In this document: one piece after another, positions 18,061 through 28,764 of the stretch | Position numbering within the stretch: position 1 is the first letter of the stretch | Layout: the number at the start of each line of letters is the position of its first letter | Source of the DNA: a virus | Direction: 5' to 3' (one strand) | DNA length: 64,000 bases | IMG/VR virus record: IMGVR_UViG_3300047509_000088 | Location: 31,371-95,370 of that record | Program-made: the position numbers and the translations under genes | Notes under the pieces: generated by a model | Seen by the model: the letters and a program-made list of their open reading frames with translations, nothing else | What the model was told of the DNA's origin: nothing | Databases searched by the model: none

Positions 18061-19164
18061 CTAGGAGGAGGTCAGCAGCTCGAACGCCCTCGTGCCGAGG
18101 TTGGAGCCGCCGATCACGGAGAGCATCCGGCTCTCCTCGGGGGACGAGTCGCTGGACGGTATGTTTCGCCGGGTGATCATGTGGTCGTTGACGAAAGTGA
18201 CTGCCGAGTACGCGCGCCAGTCCGTGTGGTCGAGCATCGTGACCGTCGGGTGGTCCTGGTAGACCTCCTCGATCGCCTCCCGCCTCTTCATCACCCCTCG
18301 AACCTGGCGCGGGGTGAGTTCCTCGGTCTCGGGCAGGAGATCAGCCAGGAAACGCTTGAACCGGCTGTCTGACATGCTCTTGGCGATCATGGCCTCCGCG
18401 ATCTCGGCGGCGCGGTTGGTCGCGCCCTGGGCCATCCCGAGCGTCTGACGGGCCATGCCCAGCTTGTCCTGAGCCGACTTCGTGTGGCGGATGGTGACGG
18501 TTGACAGCGCTCCCGCGAGGGACCTTTCGAGCGTGTTCTGGCAGACCACGCGGATGGTCACGATCGAACAGGTCACCTGACCGAGGCCGTCGTGCCGGTT
18601 CGAGATCAGGAGATAGGTCTCCAGCTCGTCGGCGCCCGTCAGCTCGACCTTGAAGGGGGTCGACGCGACCAGGAACACGACCCTTCCGCCCTTGAGGCTG
18701 CCGGCCGACGTGAACATCGACCCATCTCCCCCGAGCAGGTATTCCGCCCAGTCGAAGGCGGACTCGTTCGAGACGATCTCGTACCGGCCCTGGACCACCC
18801 CGAGGATCTTGGAATCGGTTGAGCGCTGGACGCCGAACCAGCCCGGTACCGGCTGATATGAGGTTGTCGGGACCGGCTGATCGGCTGGCCAGGTTGGCGG
18901 CGCATAGAGCGGGACCTTCTTCAGGTCCCAGCCGGCCAGGTGGCTGTACTCCAGGGCTTCCTTGACGGTCATCTTGCCCGGAAGGACGGTTGACGTCTTC
19001 TGCCACGGCAGCCACCAGGGCTTCTCGTCGTCTCCCGTGGCGACCCAGTCGTCCTTCTCGATCCCGGTCCGCTTCTCGACACGGGCGGTCTGCTGTTCTA
19101 GCTGCTCTTCGGGCGACAGCCGGATCTCGGCCTTGTCAAAGCGATCCATCCACTCCTGGCTCAT
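18061..19164 (-). CDS. DUF932/DUF945 family phage/plasmid protein
   Basis: LGVV..RYEIVSN..AF, SAGSLKGG..VF, YLL.SNRHDG, IRVVCQNTL, IRHT. Confidence 0.9.
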   Translation of the reverse strand: MSQEWMDRFDKAEIRLSPEEQLEQQTARVEKRTGIEKDDWVATGDDEKPWWLPWQKTSTVLPGKMTVKEALEYSHLAGWDLKKVPLYAPPTWPADQPVPTTSYQPVPGWFGVQRSTDSKILGVVQGRYEIVSNESAFDWAEYLLGGDGSMFTSAGSLKGGRVVFLVASTPFKVELTGADELETYLLISNRHDGLGQVTCSIVTIRVVCQNTLERSLAGALSTVTIRHTKSAQDKLGMARQTLGMAQGATNRAAEIAEAMIAKSMSDSRFKRFLADLLPETEELTPRQVRGVMKRREAIEEVYQDHPTVTMLDHTDWRAYSAVTFVNDHMITRRNIPSSDSSPEESRMLSVIGGSNLGTRAFELLTSS

Positions 19165-19165
19165 G

Positions 19166-20236
19166 CTAGTTACTCCTCTTTCCGTTTGTCGAATCGGACT
19201 TGGGGCGGACCTCGATTGTCCGTCCGATCAGGGGTCTGATGTCTTCGGGGTTGCCGGTTGAAGCCATGATGAACAGGGATTCCATCACGGTCCTGACGTG
19301 CTGGTCGAGGATCTCCCGGACAGACGCCTGCTGCTGGCGGTAGCGCCGGCCATCTGGTCCCTTGAACTGGATGACGAGATTGTCCGGGTCGTCGGCGATG
19401 ATGCCGACAATTGTGAGGATCACTCGCTTCCCTCCGACAGATGGGCAGCGATCCGCCGAAGAGACCGAGCGATGTCCAGCAGGGCGATCGTGTTGGCCGT
19501 CTCTCGGATATCCACCTCGATCACCATCGTTCTGGGTTGGTCGAGAGACAGGTCGACTATCCGTTGTGCCCAGTCGAGATCCTTCGACCTCACGACTGAG
19601 CCTCCGGCTTGACGTCAGACGGCTGGCCGGCGAGCTTGGCGGCTGCCCGCTTCACGGCTGCCAGGGCGCGGCGGCGGGCGTTCACGGCGTCCCTTTTGGC
19701 GGCTTCGGCCGAAATGATCACACCCTCCACCCCTGGCGCGGCCGGATTGACGACCTTCTGGACGACCGGCTCGGGGTAGACGGTCTGACGGTTTGGTCGG
19801 TTCATCCGGTTTGATCGTCTGGCGGTCGCCTCATGCGGGCCCGCCGGCCCTCGACCGGTCCCGCGAATCTTGCGGGCGGTCAGACGGTAGAACTTCGGGA
19901 ACCACACGGATTGAAAATCGAGGTAGGACATCTGCCGGATGATCCCCTTGCGGATCTGAGCCGCGCGGGTCATACCCGGAAGCCCGGCTTGACGGGGCCC
20001 TGATGCGCGAGCGCGAACAGACCGGGCAGCGCGCCGTCGCGCTCCCGGCGGACGACGTGGTTGCCGTTCTCGTCCAGGAGCAGGGCGATGAGCCGTGGTG
20101 CGTGACGCTTCTCGGGGTCGATCCGGACGACCTGAAGGATCGCCGGATTGACGAGTCGACCGTCGAACCTTGCCGCCAGCTCCGCGCGAAGCTCGGCCGG
20201 GGCAGCGTTGACGACTCGACCGTTTCTCTGGTTCAT
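19166..20236 (-). other. Four small hypothetical genes (19166-19423, about 19420-19593, 19590-19973, 19970-20236)
   Basis: Overlapping start/stop codons; purine-rich SD and TGCTACAAT promoter upstream of 20236. Confidence 0.5.
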
Positions 20237-20615
20237 CTCTCTTTCCTCTTTCCTGGGTGGTCTTAGCCGGTTTGGAGCCGGTCTGGCCGGCAGGACGGAT
20301 TGTAGCATAGATGGACGGAGAGCGTACAACCTATCTCGACTTGGCCGGCTCTGGCGGCGGACCCGAGATCCCCTGCCCCAGCCTCTTGATCCCGCAGGCT
20401 TGTGCTTCGGCGTCGGTTCGATGCCAGCCAAGCTCCGGCTCCTCGTCTTCGTGCTCTCGGTAGAGGTGGCAGGGGGTCTCATTCGGGCACACGGCCCGAT
20501 AATACGTGTTGCCTCAATAATTCCGGGAGTGAATCTCGATCCGACAGTCATATTCGTGAAGGATACGGACTAGCATCTCAGGGGCCTCAGATTATCAGAT
20601 GGACGGCCAGACGGG

Positions 20616-20690
20616 TGGTACCGGGGGCGGGACTCGAACCCGCACCTCCGCATCTTAAGTGCGGCCCTCTGCCAATTGGGGCACCCCGGC
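20616..20690 (-). tRNA. tRNA-Leu(TAA), short variable loop, CCA encoded
   Basis: GCCGGGG acceptor, CCGCA-CTTAAGA-TGCGG anticodon arm, GGTTCGAGTCC T-loop, ACCA end; 75 nt. Confidence 0.9.
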
Positions 20691-20780
20691 TTAACGGTCA
20701 TACGAAAGTGGGCCGAGACGCTTCCTCCCCTTCCTCCCTAATGGAGTATGGCGCCCCGGCCCCGAGTTGAGACGACTAGA

Positions 20781-21140
20781 TCAGGTTGTCGACCGCCTTC
20801 CCGCGAAGTGGGTCCAGACCACCGCGACCAGAAGAATGGTCAGGACGGGCATGATGCCGACGTCGTCGCCGAAGTCACCTGAATCGTGGATCTCCGTGAT
20901 GAAGCCGAACAGTTGGGCGAGGAACGCGAAGACCACCAGTATGACCGGCCAGACCGAATAGGTCTCTCGACCCGACCTGGCCGCGAAGTACCAGATCACG
21001 AGGACGAGGCCGAACAGGATGATCAGAAGGTCGTCCGGCGAACCCTTCTCCTCCATCAGCGACAGCCCTACCAGGCTGACCGAGATGGCGGCGAGGAAGA
21101 GGGTGATCCATGTGTTGCGGGTGCGAGCTACGGCGTTCAT
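20781..21140 (-). CDS. 4-TM membrane protein
   Basis: Four hydrophobic segments; SD AGGAG. Confidence 0.7.
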   Translation of the reverse strand: MNAVARTRNTWITLFLAAISVSLVGLSLMEEKGSPDDLLIILFGLVLVIWYFAARSGRETYSVWPVILVVFAFLAQLFGFITEIHDSGDFGDDVGIMPVLTILLVAVVWTHFAGRRSTT

Positions 21141-21206
21141 GCGGATTCTCCTGATAGACGATTTGACGGGACGGATCTAAGGTCCAGTGAGCTAAGGTCC
21201 AGTGAG

Positions 21207-21773
21207 CTAAGGTCCGGTGCAGAGGTTCTTCGCGGGGTTGGCGCAACCTCCCGGCGTTCCGACCGGATTGACAACCGGCTGATTCGGACGGGTGGTCGGA
21301 TAGCCGGTTGGAACCGGCTGGACGGGCAAACTGGTCGGAGGTAGATGGGACGGCGCCGAGGTGGCGCCGAAGACGTTCCGGCAGATCGCGGCGGATGTGA
21401 TGGATGAGACGGGATCGTCGAGGGTCTGTCGGACCTCCTCGTCCTGGTAGCCGGTTACACTGGCAACACACGCGGAGGAGGAGTTGGCAGGCTGAGCGGC
21501 CTTGAAGATATAGAAATTGTTGTAGTACGTATTGGTCAGGGCCTCCATTTGGGCGAGGTGTTGTTGGGTCGCCGCCACGAAGTAGGTATGCGTATCACGT
21601 AGGCCGGCGGTCGGGTTGGCGACGATCAGTTGGACGGTCAGACTGCCGCCGGATGAACCGGATGAACCGGATGACTGGCCGTTTGATCGATTGGCTGTCT
21701 GACCGGAGCAGGCCATGAGGCAGACCACGGTCGTACCGGTGACTAGAAGTCTCACCAGCCGAGCGCCTTGCAC
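21207..21773 (-). CDS. Lipoprotein
   Basis: Lipobox LMAC. Confidence 0.7.
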   Translation of the reverse strand: MQGARLVRLLVTGTTVVCLMACSGQTANRSNGQSSGSSGSSGGSLTVQLIVANPTAGLRDTHTYFVAATQQHLAQMEALTNTYYNNFYIFKAAQPANSSSACVASVTGYQDEEVRQTLDDPVSSITSAAICRNVFGATSAPSHLPPTSLPVQPVPTGYPTTRPNQPVVNPVGTPGGCANPAKNLCTGP

Positions 21774-22267
21774 GCCAGATTGGCGGTCGCGGAGTCGGTT
21801 CCGTTTCGGACCACGAACACGCTCTCATCCGAACTGGCGCAGAACCATTCCCGCGTGGAATCAGCCCAGCCCTCAGACCTGGAGGCTGATCCGACTTGCA
21901 GTCCGCTGGCCTTTGCCTGACTGATAAGCGGATCGAGCTTGTCCTGTGACGTTGCAACCAGGAAGTACGAGCCAGAGGTCACGGAAGCGAAGACTTCACG
22001 AGAGGGAACCGCTCCAGAGGGGACCGAACCGTCGTTGGTGGGCGCCGGGACATAGAACACATGGACCGCGACGTTCAGGGCCGGATTCCAGGCCGGGATG
22101 GGGTGGCCGTTGACGCTCAGGTAGACCTTCGGCGCGGGGGTTGGCTGATTGGCCGGCTGGGCGGCGACCGGCTGACTGGTCGGCTGGCTGGCGGAAGGGT
22201 GGTTCGAGCTGCCTCCGCACGCAATCAGGGAGACGAATAGACCGGCGGCGATCAGGGCGAATTTCAA
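21752..22267 (-). CDS. Lipoprotein
   Basis: Signal peptide with lipobox LIAC; SD AAGGAG. Confidence 0.75.
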   Translation of the reverse strand: MKFALIAAGLFVSLIACGGSSNHPSASQPTSQPVAAQPANQPTPAPKVYLSVNGHPIPAWNPALNVAVHVFYVPAPTNDGSVPSGAVPSREVFASVTSGSYFLVATSQDKLDPLISQAKASGLQVGSASRSEGWADSTREWFCASSDESVFVVRNGTDSATANLACKALGW

Positions 22268-22293
22268 GACGAACTCCTTTGATTGATCTGGGA

Positions 22294-22563
22294 CTACAAG
22301 ATCTCAGTGATCTGGCTGATCGGCAGGGATCGGTGGGGCCAGTCGGGCATTCCTCGACCCTCCGTAATCTTGATCCAGCCTGACCCGTCTTCGTCGTCTA
22401 CGTAAAAAACCGAATCGTAATACCGCACCTCCACCACCCGCCTTGCCTGACCGGCCAGTTTTGAGCACCACCACCCTTTTGGACTTTCTCCCACCACGCC
22501 TTTCAGGCGACGAGCAACAACCGGCTGCCCGTTCCATCTGGTCTGACTTTCGAACCCGCTCAT
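22294..22563 (-). CDS. Hypothetical phage protein
   Basis: Trp/Gly-rich compact ORF with AG-rich RBS. Confidence 0.6.
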   Translation of the reverse strand: MSGFESQTRWNGQPVVARRLKGVVGESPKGWWCSKLAGQARRVVEVRYYDSVFYVDDEDGSGWIKITEGRGMPDWPHRSLPISQITEIL

Positions 22564-23105
22564 CTCTCTCTCTCTTTGGCTGAGCCGGTTGAGCCGGTTG
22601 ATCGTCTATCTATTCGATCCACGAGCCAGACCATCAGTGCCGCCGCGAGGAAGGTGATCCCGAGGATCGCCAGGCTGATCTCGGCAAGGGTCCGAAGGAT
22701 CAGGTCTACCCAAGTCATACCGATCTCCTGGCCAGACCGACCAACCTGGAGTCTTGATGACGCGCGGCGGCGTGCATGTCGAACTCGGTCCAGGCCAGAT
22801 TCTCGGCCGAACGCTTGGCGTCACTCTGGGACACATCCGAATAAGCCGTCCGACTGATCGTGGTCGGAAGGCCGGTGACCTGACAGTCAAGGCACTCGAC
22901 CTCGACCGTCCAGACGAACCTCGATTTGTTGATTCGACCGGACGGTCGGATGGTCGACGTCAGACGGATGGTCTGATAGACGGCCGTCTGATTGGCTGGC
23001 TGGCTATTCATATCGAGCACCGGCCTATGATAATCGAGTTGATGGTCGGCGACAATAGGACAGCCAGGAAGAAGAGGAGCAAAAGGACGGTTACGATCAG
23101 GACCC

Positions 23106-24191
23106 TCATATCGGAGCTGGCCAATTCGACCTGGTCAGATCGTCCGGATCATCAGGGTTGAAACCGATAGACGGTTGTGACGGCGGGTCGAGGTCGTGCT
23201 TCCAGGCGGTCGCCGTCAAATTGGACGGCGTCAAATTGGACGACGGACCGGCCTCCCCCCGGAGCCGGCTGGCGAGAACGTCATGGGCCAGCCGGAGCTT
23301 GTCCAGGTTGTCGCGGGCTTGATTCCGCTCCTCGATCAGGCGGGTGTAATCCAGACGTGCCTGGTCGCGCTCCTTGGTTCGACTGTCTCGCTCGACCCGG
23401 GCGCGATTTCGCTCACCCTCTATCCGGACCAGGTTGTCGAGGAGGGTCTGTTGGCGCGCTTCGGCGCCGGCCGTCTCGCGCCGCTGACCCTCAAGCACTT
23501 CACGGGTGGCGCGGAGATCGCTCTCCAGATTGACGATCGTCTGACGGAGAGATTCGTTCAGCCGGCCGATCGACTTGACCTGGTCCCGGGCTGCCGTGAG
23601 CTTCTCCTCCAGTTCGACGACCTCCTCCCCTCGGGCGCGGATCGTCTGAACCTGATTGGCGTTCATCTGTTTGAATTGGCTGACCTGATCCTTGAGATAA
23701 GCGGTTTCGAGCGCGCGGACGTTGGCCTCTCGGAGGGACTGGATCGTCTTCTCCAATTTGGCGCGGACGTCATCGCGTTCATGTATGAGCTGATGGCGCT
23801 GTTTGCGGAGGTCGTCGTCCGACTCGGATAGCGATATGTCATGAGGCGGCCGATCGTCAGGCGGCTGGACGAGGTAGTTGACCGGCTTGAGCATCGCCCA
23901 GGCGTGCATGATCTCGTTCCGGGTCGAGACGCCGATGTACCCGCCCGGGTTGATCACATAGACCTCATCTGACATGTCGATCTTCTGACGGTGGAGTTCG
24001 TCCAGGCGGGACTTCTCGTCCCTTGACACATCAAGCCAGACGCCCGGTCCGATTACTATCGTGCCCTTGAGGGTCAGGTCGCTGGTGACTTTCTCGAACT
24101 CAGACTTGAACCGCCTTGACCCGACCAGACAGACGATTGTCGGATGACCCGGTTGAACAGGATTCATGTTCTCAGTCAGACGGCCAGACAT
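23106..24191 (-). CDS. Nucleoside 2-deoxyribosyltransferase-like (DUF4406-type) domain fused to a long coiled coil
   Basis: IVCLVGSRRF..LDELHRQKIDMSDEVYVINPGGYIGVSTRNEI, then about 170 aa of heptad repeats. Confidence 0.75.
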   Translation of the reverse strand: MSGRLTENMNPVQPGHPTIVCLVGSRRFKSEFEKVTSDLTLKGTIVIGPGVWLDVSRDEKSRLDELHRQKIDMSDEVYVINPGGYIGVSTRNEIMHAWAMLKPVNYLVQPPDDRPPHDISLSESDDDLRKQRHQLIHERDDVRAKLEKTIQSLREANVRALETAYLKDQVSQFKQMNANQVQTIRARGEEVVELEEKLTAARDQVKSIGRLNESLRQTIVNLESDLRATREVLEGQRRETAGAEARQQTLLDNLVRIEGERNRARVERDSRTKERDQARLDYTRLIEERNQARDNLDKLRLAHDVLASRLRGEAGPSSNLTPSNLTATAWKHDLDPPSQPSIGFNPDDPDDLTRSNWPAPI

Positions 24192-25134
24192 CGGCTCCCT
24201 CCCTTCCATTCAGTGCCGGCTGGTTATCGAGGTAGTAGGCGCCGCCGTAATACCCGGACTCGGGGACGATCCCCTTTGATTCGAGGTAGGCCCGCGCTTC
24301 GATCAGATGGGTGGCCACGAAGTCGGCATGGCCGTGAACCATGATCGAGTAAGCTTCGCAGTCCATCACGAGGCACATGAGAAGGAGGTCCGATTTGGTC
24401 ATCTGGCTTGCGAGGGAGACATGTCTGTCGAACCCGGGTATGGGCGGGAGCTTCTCGCGCTCTGCTGTTCGGCGGCTGTACTCTTCGACGGTCATCCTTC
24501 AACCTCGCCAGCCGGCTCCGGACTGACGCCGGCCGTCTGACCAGCCGGCTGACCGGCCGGTTGGTCAGATAGTTCGTTCTCGATCTCGAAGATCGCGTTG
24601 GCGGCCGCGATCATGTCCTGACTCGCCTTCCGCCGGATGTCTCGGAGCTTCGCCAGGCCCGATACAAGCGCCTCCTTCCGGGTCGGGTAGGCGCGTTCCT
24701 CCAGCCGAGAGCGACTCTGCCTCGGATCGTGAGGCGAGAAGCCGTTTGCCTGGTGAAGGGTCCGCTCGTCCGACTGGCCGTTGACGGCGGTAACCCGATA
24801 CACAACCAGGGTTGATCCGCCGCCTGTCACGACGCACCTTTCGAGTCGGGGGACCTGGAGGATTGTGTCGTATCGTCTGACGTATATGAGCCAGAACTCG
24901 TCGCCAGTCTGTAGGTTCATATAGTTAGTTCTCCTTTATCGAATGGTCATACACGACCATCCCAAGCCAGCCGCCCGTATAGCCGATCACGAGCCCGCCG
25001 ACGAATATCATGAGATCGCCGGTCAGGTCGGTCGGGTGGACGTATATCAGAAGGAACGGAATCCACAGAACAATCGCCACCGCCCAGCCGGCCAGTTGAG
25101 CCCACGCCCTGGGGGATGGCGGTCTAGGCATCAT
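24172..25134 (-). other. Small hypothetical genes (24172-24495, 24492-24920, 24925-25134 membrane)
   Basis: ORF track; operon packing. Confidence 0.55.
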
Positions 25135-25674
25135 CTGGCTGGTCGTCGTCTGACCGGTCAGACGGAGGCTGGTCGCCAGACGGTCTATCGCCGTCAGGTT
25201 GGTCGTTAGACGGAGGTTGGTCGAGGATTGGCTGGATCTTGTTCCACCTGTCCGCCACCAGTTTGAGGCGACGGCGGCCCTCCTTCTCCTCGGCTTCGGA
25301 ATCGTCCCAAGCGGATAGGCGGATTATCGCAACGATGAAGGACGTGCTCGCCAGGATTCAGCGGTCCCCAGACAAGCTGCCAGGCAACTACGTGTGTAAG
25401 CTGCGGCACATCGAAGATTGCACGAGCGTTGACTTGACCATAGCCGAATCGAGTATGACTGCCACCAGTCCAGGGCCAACATCCGCCAGCGTCCGAGAAA
25501 TCGACCCGCTCCCAGAAACGATCGATGAACTCATCGACAGTCATCGGCCGCCGACCGCGCTTACCCAAGGTCGTATCCCTGGGCGGCGTAGTCGGCGATG
25601 ATCCGATTTGCCTGATAGATCGTCTCCAGGGCGGCTTGACGGAAGTTCTTCTTCTCGTATCGGATCAGGGGCAT
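25124..25674 (-). pseudogene. Remnant of a TopoVI-A/TOPRIM-like gene interrupted by a truncated HNH endonuclease
   Basis: 25561-25674 encodes MPLIRYEKKNFRQAALETIYQANRIIADYAAQGYDLG*. The HNH (25568 onward) breaks off after VLHRCDNPP. A C-terminal host-like fragment (AWDDSEAEEKEGRRRLKLVADRW..) follows in another frame. Confidence 0.6.
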
Positions 25675-25675
25675 A

Positions 25676-27550
25676 TCAGCCAGTCGGGTCCGATTTGACC
25701 ATGATCATCGCGGCATCTTCCGGTATGCACTCGGCCAGCTCACGGAGTTCGTCCGCCAGGTCGCCATAGTACCCGAGGTCTGATAGTAGATCGTCAAGCT
25801 TGTCGAGCTTGGTCCGGAAGGCGCCCATAAGGGTCGTCATGTTCCGGGGATTGGGGGTCAGGTTCTCTCCGGTTAGGTTCGGCATATCAGTCGATCTCCC
25901 TCATCAGATTCAATCGCTCGGATATCCGTCTGACCTGGCCGATGTTCGGATAGGCGTCGTAGAATCCCCGGCAAATCGGGTCTTCGAGGTTGATCTCGAC
26001 CAAACCTTCCGAGTCGGTATTGCGGGTCAGACGGTCATGACACGGGATGTGAACGTCATGCGTTATGCACGCCTGGACCATCCCCTTGACCCGGCCGGGA
26101 CGCAGGAGCATCTTGTTTCCCGGCCTGAATATGCAAGTTGGGCACATCTCGCGAAGGACTTTCATTCAGGCGCGCTCGCGGCCTGGTTCTCGGCCAGCGT
26201 TTCCACTCCGACTCGAATACACTCCTCGACGGTCATACGGATGATCGAGCTGTCGTGGCTGTTCCTTTCACGGATAACAAGGCCGTTGTTCCGTCCGAGG
26301 ATCGACATCCGCCTGTCTCGCATGTCCACGAGATAGTCCTCGACCGCCCTGCGGGCGCGCTCGTAATCCTCGTCCGTCAGCTTATCGAGATCGAGGATCA
26401 CCTCACCCCCGCTTCCACAAGCCGACCGCGTAGACCCCGAGCAGGAAGGACGCCATGTGATCGTCGTCCGGCAGGGTCACCATGAACGGCGCCCCTCCCC
26501 GGATTGTCCGTAGGCCGACCGTCCAGCTCAACCCCAAAGGGTCCGTGGGCAGGACGTATGCGATCACGCCCAGCTCGGCTAGTACTCTGAGGTTCGCGAG
26601 GATCTCCTGGGAGGTCATGAGGCCGGCTGATCATCTCAGGATTGACGACCGACCGGAATGGGACTCTCCGGGCCGGACCCGTGACTGACCGGCAGGCGAC
26701 CGTCTGACCGGCTACCACCTCGCCATGCCCGCCGAGAGGTAGTAGTACGCGAGCAGGGCCCCAACCAGGATCAGGACCATGAACGTCCAGAGTCGGCCAA
26801 GGCGCCTCTCGGCTCGGCGGCTGATGTAGTTAACTGGCCTGTAGTTCATCTCTCTTCCTCGGATTGATCGGTTAGACGGGTTGATCGGTTAGACGGATTG
26901 GTCGGGCTGATCGGATTGAGAATGTCGGGCGGTGATTATCGCAATTTGGGCGCGGATTCGGGCTATGTCCGATAGGTAATTCGCGTCATGCAGATAAACG
27001 ACCTTGTCAGACGGGAAGTCCATCCCCAAGAGCTGCTCGTATCGCCAGACGTGACGGAAGTCCTTCCGGGCGATCCTGTGCTCGCGTGTGTAGTTGGCAG
27101 CCGCCCTGGTTCCGCCGATTAGGATCTTGGGCCGACGGGGTCTATCCGGCTGAGGCGGCGTCTCCTTCGGAGCCGTCATCAGAAGATCACCTTCTTCATC
27201 CTGTTTAACCGATCCTGCTCTTTCTCTTGGGCCGAATAGTTTGGGGTCGGAACCCCGCCAGGACCCTGAACGGGCCGGAGGGTTACTTGATCGACGACTA
27301 CGTAACGGTAGTCGCCTCGCCCGACTTGATCCGCAATTACAACCTTGAACCGTCCGAATGGATAGTCCGCTGTCCTGGTCGGGGTCGCCCTCCGCTTTCT
27401 GTCCATCAGCTTGATCTCCAGCCGGTCCAGGCGCTCCTCCTCGGTTTCAGCCGGCCTGATTTCAGCCGGCTTGGCCAGGCGGACAGTCACCAGCCGAAGG
27501 AACTCCTCACATTCAGCCTGGGTCATCATCAGTCCTCCCGCCTCTGCCAC
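25676..27550 (-). other. Cluster of small hypothetical genes (25676-25885, 25887-26165 Cys-rich, 26162-26401, 26403-26618, 26889-27179, 27179-27529)
   Basis: Tightly packed short ORFs. Confidence 0.55.
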
Positions 27551-27750
27551 TTGGAGATGGTCACGGCCGACACCCCGGCGAGCTTGGCGACGGCTCTTGT
27601 GGAGTGGCCATACTGAATCGCCAGGTCGGCCGAAGCCTCGATCAGATCGTCCGTAACGACCGCCAGCTCATTCTTGAGGCGAGTGCGCTCGGCGCCGAGT
27701 AGTCGGACCTTCTTCTCGGCGACGTCTCGCGCGGCGTAATAATTGTCCAT
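27529..27750 (-). CDS. Small HTH DNA-binding protein
   Basis: HSTRAVAKLAGVSAVTISKW. Confidence 0.75.
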   Translation of the reverse strand: MDNYYAARDVAEKKVRLLGAERTRLKNELAVVTDDLIEASADLAIQYGHSTRAVAKLAGVSAVTISKWQRRED

Positions 27751-28091
27751 CAGGCGGGATCTCCATTTCGTCGAATGTCAGTCGGGTCTATTCCCACCCG
27801 GCCGGATATGACCTTCGACTCGACCTCTTGGCCTATAAGCTGTTCGAGATCCAGTTCCCAGGCTTGCTCGTCTGGCATGGGCCCGTACACCGCTTCCACC
27901 AGCCGTCTGAGCGCGGAACGGTTCGGTCGGCCGTCCGGCAGCGGGTCGGGGCGAGGATTCATGGTCGGGATGTAGACCTTCCAGAAGTCCACCCGGCCCG
28001 ACTTGGCGGACGGGCGGCTGGTCGGCCGGAACTGGACCTCGATCAGACCGGTCTGCGGGTTGAGTCGGACGGCGATGATCTTGAAGGTCAT
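27750..28091 (-). CDS. Paralog of the SSB-like protein at 6553-7380
   Basis: SALRRLVEAVYGPMPDEQAWELDLEQLIGQ vs SMLRQFVEAIYGPITDDQAYAIDLEALVGQ. Confidence 0.7.
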   Translation of the reverse strand: MTFKIIAVRLNPQTGLIEVQFRPTSRPSAKSGRVDFWKVYIPTMNPRPDPLPDGRPNRSALRRLVEAVYGPMPDEQAWELDLEQLIGQEVESKVISGRVGIDPTDIRRNGDPA

Positions 28092-28527
28092 CGGTCAAAC
28101 GGCCTTTCGGTCTGACGGCCGGCTGAACCGATCCAGTACCAGATTGACGAGTCGGACCGCCGAGACGGTCAGACGAGGAATCGGCTGGATATGAGCGGTT
28201 GTTCCAGTCGCCCGGATTGCAATACCCGGACGACCCTTGATCCAGACGATGCCCCTCGGCTTGACGGCACCTGGAGCGGTCGTGATCTGAATGGTCATAC
28301 CGACAGGTCGACCTTTGATCCGAGGTGGATCGACGCGCCCAGGACCCGAAGCTCTTTGATCGTCCGAATCGGCGGGTCCTCCGCGAACTCCTCCCGGAGC
28401 GCGGTGAACTCCCAACCGGCGTACAGGTTGGGGCTTGGATAGACGGATTGATCGGGTGCGGGGCATGTGATTCTCTCTTTCCTTTTCCGGATTGATTAGG
28501 CGGATAGACGGTCAGACGGCTAGACGG

Positions 28528-28722
28528 TTAGGCGGCGAGTCCGGCTCGACGCAACTGCGCGCAGGTTCGCTTGTAGGCGGAGTGGTTGTCGATCTGGAGG
28601 TTCCGGGGGAGGATCGCGACCAACTTGCCCTGATACGTGAGCTTCAGGTGGGAACCGCCGTTCGAAGTCTCGACGCCCTGACGGCGGAGGCTCTTGATCA
28701 AGTCGGGAAGGGGACTTGCCAT
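28528..28722 (-). CDS. HicA-like mRNA interferase
   Basis: LIKSLRRQG..GGSHLKL..VAILP..QLRRAG, the HicA dsRBD-like pattern. Confidence 0.7.
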   Translation of the reverse strand: MASPLPDLIKSLRRQGVETSNGGSHLKLTYQGKLVAILPRNLQIDNHSAYKRTCAQLRRAGLAA

Positions 28723-28735
28723 TTCTTCAAACCGG

Positions 28736-28764
28736 AGTATATCAGGGTAGGGCGTACATGTCAA
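28736..28764 (-). promoter_or_regulatory. Near-consensus sigma70 promoter with TGTACGC box
   Basis: TTGACA TGTACGCCCTACCCTGA TATACT. Confidence 0.85.
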
